Assembly (NCBI GenBank): GCA_964426185.1
Contig: CAYRPF010000019.1
Span: forward strand, 4,397-32,421
Direction: 5' to 3'
DNA: 28,025 nt
DNA from: an uncultured archaeon
GTDB taxonomy: Archaea > Asgardarchaeota > Lokiarchaeia > Sigyniarchaeales > Promethearchaeaceae
A program made the position numbers and the translations under genes. Under the pieces are notes generated by a model that was not told the origin of the DNA, made no database searches, and saw only the letters and a list, made by a program, of their open reading frames with translations. Positions 25,819-28,025 of this stretch are shown in pieces. The stretch's first letter is position 1, and the number at the start of each line of letters is the position of its first letter.

Positions 25819-26817
25819 TTATAATTTTTCGCCACAAACTTCACAAAATTGGAAATTTGGCTTTAAAGGTGCCCCGCAATTTCGACAAAAGCGCCTTTGG
25901 GGAATATTTTCTGCTGAATTTGGTATAGAACTTTTTTTAGTTTGTGTGAGTGCTTGGTGGCGAATTTGGCGGTTAGAGCTTATTTTTGCGATGATTAAAG
26001 AGAGAATTACAATACCACCTACAGGCCACCAAAACCAGTTAAAATGGCTATCTGAAAACACATCTACAAATCCCAAATAAACGGCTAACGTTACAGGAAT
26101 AACGATAAAATATTTGATAGACATCTTTTCGCCTAATGAGCGCTTTTTAATATTTACATAAATCAAAGCATGGAACAGTATATTCATTCCCCATGAAATG
26201 GTGGGCCACAAAAACCACCAGTAATCAACGTCATTGAAATAATTCACAAAAAATAGAAAGAGATTAACTGCAGCATAGATCATTATATGATTTTGGAGTA
26301 ATAATCGATTCATGACAACTTTTTTGGTAAGAGGTAGAGAGATGGCACGTCCTTCCATTCGATATTTATTGTACTCCCTTTCAACGATCCCATCTAACCG
26401 AGATTTACCCGAAAGCTCGGATTTTTTAATAAATTGATACAAAATTAAATGATTAATCCAAATCAGCACCAAAGGAACGATCGCAAAAATAATCCAGTTC
26501 AAGCGCTGATTATCCCACCAGTCATTCCAAATCAGATAACTGGAGATGATCATGGTAATACTAGCATGAATCGCCAAAGAAGCTTGATGGGTCCGGGACA
26601 GGAAATTAATAATAACTACAATAGCTGTATGTATTAAAACCATAGCCCCCCAAGCGGTGAGTGGACATAAAAACCACATATAGCTGAAACTAGTGCTATA
26701 ATTAACCACAAACAAGATAATATTAGTGATTAGGTAGATAAACCAGTGTATTTTTAGCCAACGCATTCTCAAAAATCGAGCGTGCTTTTTCTTAATATCG
26801 TCTGCTTCAATCGACAT
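25819..26817 (-). CDS. Membrane protein with duplicated 2TM-domain modules and a C-terminal zinc ribbon
   Basis: Two copies of H..IY...N..LF.VNY......WFL.P...WG....H, and a C-terminal FCRNCG.......FCEVCG. Confidence 0.82.
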   Translation of the reverse strand: MSIEADDIKKKHARFLRMRWLKIHWFIYLITNIILFVVNYSTSFSYMWFLCPLTAWGAMVLIHTAIVVIINFLSRTHQASLAIHASITMIISSYLIWNDWWDNQRLNWIIFAIVPLVLIWINHLILYQFIKKSELSGKSRLDGIVEREYNKYRMEGRAISLPLTKKVVMNRLLLQNHIMIYAAVNLFLFFVNYFNDVDYWWFLWPTISWGMNILFHALIYVNIKKRSLGEKMSIKYFIVIPVTLAVYLGFVDVFSDSHFNWFWWPVGGIVILSLIIAKISSNRQIRHQALTQTKKSSIPNSAENIPQRRFCRNCGAPLKPNFQFCEVCGEKL

Positions 26818-26847
26818 AACTTTTCAAAATAGTAATACAATTTTACC

Positions 26848-26854
26848 TTATAAA
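26848..26854 (-). promoter_or_regulatory. TATA box of the 2TM/zinc-ribbon gene
   Basis: The minus strand has TTTATAA 31-37 nt upstream of ATG 26817, preceded by an A-rich BRE-like sequence. Confidence 0.5.
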
Positions 26855-26894
26855 TTGTTATTAGCCCTTTTATTGGCGTGTTATCGCAAAATAC

Positions 26895-27764
26895 TTATAT
26901 TTCTGCTGCTTGCCAAGAAATAACATATTGAAGCGGGTTTTCACTGTTATCCGAAAAATGCGGCTCATCAATCACCCAGTATCCTGATAGATGAAGTTCA
27001 CGCACCGTAAGATCAAAATGGGCAACTGCAATGCCGAGATCCATCCGATGAAAATTAGGATGTCGAGCTATAAATGATCCATCAAGTTGAGAACTATAAA
27101 AATGAAAAATTGGGGGATCATTCTGCATTATAATCCGCCACGGTTGCAAATTTCGTGCAGATGGGGCCAATCTGACCATTTCTAAAGCATAAGTATAAAG
27201 ATCCAACTCTTCTGGATTAAGGGGAGTAGTAAAATCCGAGCAGAAGAATAGATGATCCCATGAAAAACGTTTTTTTGCATGAATTGCAGTACGAATTATC
27301 ATCTCTTTAATTCTCCGAGACTTTTTGTAACCAACGGGGGTAATTGCTGGAAGAAATTCATTAGGTTCTAATTGCATGGCTTGGGAGAAGCTACTCTGGT
27401 CAAAAGTCCCTCCCAACCAGCAGGTCCCGAGATTAAATTCGGTCAGTTTCAGAATTAAAATTTCCATACTATAGCCAAATGATTCAAAATCATAAGTTGA
27501 ACGCTCACAAGCGCCAAGTAAGTATGTTTGAGCACCCCGAATAAATCCATATGTTCCATAGCTTTGCTTGGATGATTTGGCTTCAAGAGGAATGTCAAAC
27601 AGCTTAAATCGATTTTTCCCTCCAAAGGGATTAAATTCAAAAGTTGAAGTTAAAAGTTTCTCAATTTCTTGGCGTTCATTGTCGGAAATCGGTTTATCCT
27701 CAAATGTACGCCAAGAGGTTCTTTCTTTAATAATATCTTGAATGGATTTTTGATATTCTAACAT
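26895..27764 (-). CDS. Nitroreductase family protein (tandem-domain, TM1586-like)
   Basis: IIKERTSWRTF, YGTYGFIRGA, LGTCWLGGTF, VRLAPSARNLQPWR and MDLGIAVAHF. Confidence 0.88.
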   Translation of the reverse strand: MLEYQKSIQDIIKERTSWRTFEDKPISDNERQEIEKLLTSTFEFNPFGGKNRFKLFDIPLEAKSSKQSYGTYGFIRGAQTYLLGACERSTYDFESFGYSMEILILKLTEFNLGTCWLGGTFDQSSFSQAMQLEPNEFLPAITPVGYKKSRRIKEMIIRTAIHAKKRFSWDHLFFCSDFTTPLNPEELDLYTYALEMVRLAPSARNLQPWRIIMQNDPPIFHFYSSQLDGSFIARHPNFHRMDLGIAVAHFDLTVRELHLSGYWVIDEPHFSDNSENPLQYVISWQAAEI

Positions 27765-28025
27765 TGTTTCTTCTTCCCATTTTGGTTTAAACTGCTTAAA
27801 TACTTCTTTAAATCTGCTCTAACCAATTCAAACGTACGATAACGATCCCGCGGTTCGTAACAAATGCATTTAGCTACAATTATTTTTAATTGCTCGGGAT
27901 AATCGTAATCTTCCCATTGTATCTTAAAACGTTTAAGTGCTGTACCAGATAATTCTTTGGGCTCTTCCCCGCCACTTAAAGCATAATGAAGTATCATACC
28001 GAATGAATAGATATCAGACTGCGGA
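27758..28025 (-). CDS. Ser/Thr protein kinase, C-terminal fragment (runs off the window)
   Basis: The frame stays open beyond ATG 27997 to the window edge and reads PQSDIYSFGMILHYALSG (subdomain IX) ... KCICYEPRDRY (subdomain XI). Confidence 0.8.
   Translation of the reverse strand, partial: PQSDIYSFGMILHYALSGGEEPKELSGTALKRFKIQWEDYDYPEQLKIIVAKCICYEPRDRYRTFELVRADLKKYLSSLNQNGKKKQC

Noticed and set aside
208-27640. Short 60-102 aa ORFs in the track lying antisense to or nested in long genes (e.g. 2912-3145, 14334-14609, 19089-19397, 22827-23108, 25811-26080)
   Set aside because: They overlap well-supported CDS and carry no recognisable motifs, so they are treated as shadow ORFs.

Overview
AT-rich archaeal chromosomal window, most likely from an Asgard archaeon of the Lokiarchaeia type. 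That assignment is inferred from two Rag-like GTPase-roadblock genes, an EF-2 paralog without the diphthamide loop, a divergent TBP, FAU-1 and an archaeosortase. It holds 21 credible CDS: an HhH-MutS ATPase, glnA with a divergent Lrp/AsnC regulator, fau-1, TBP, an archaeosortase, a longin-like/GTPase/roadblock fusion, an AIR-synthase-like plus LOG pair, a surface glycoprotein, a PK-C-like protein, a second GTPase-roadblock, an ABC ATPase with a Zn ribbon, DUF711, tldE/tldD, the EF-2 paralog, two membrane proteins, a nitroreductase and a truncated Ser/Thr kinase. I saw no rRNA, tRNA, CRISPR array or transposase. The most interesting signals are: (1) two Rag-like GTPases 5 kb apart whose motifs parallel the RagA/RagC split, one fused to an N-terminal longin/uDENN-like domain; (2) a ~147-nt multi-stem RNA element with a possible K-turn abutting the Shine-Dalgarno of the EF-2 paralog; (3) a basic, asymmetric TBP; (4) a frameshifted Zn-ribbon micro-ORF absent from the ORF track; (5) palindromes and tandem repeats in several promoters. 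All family calls come from motif recognition by eye and no database search was run.
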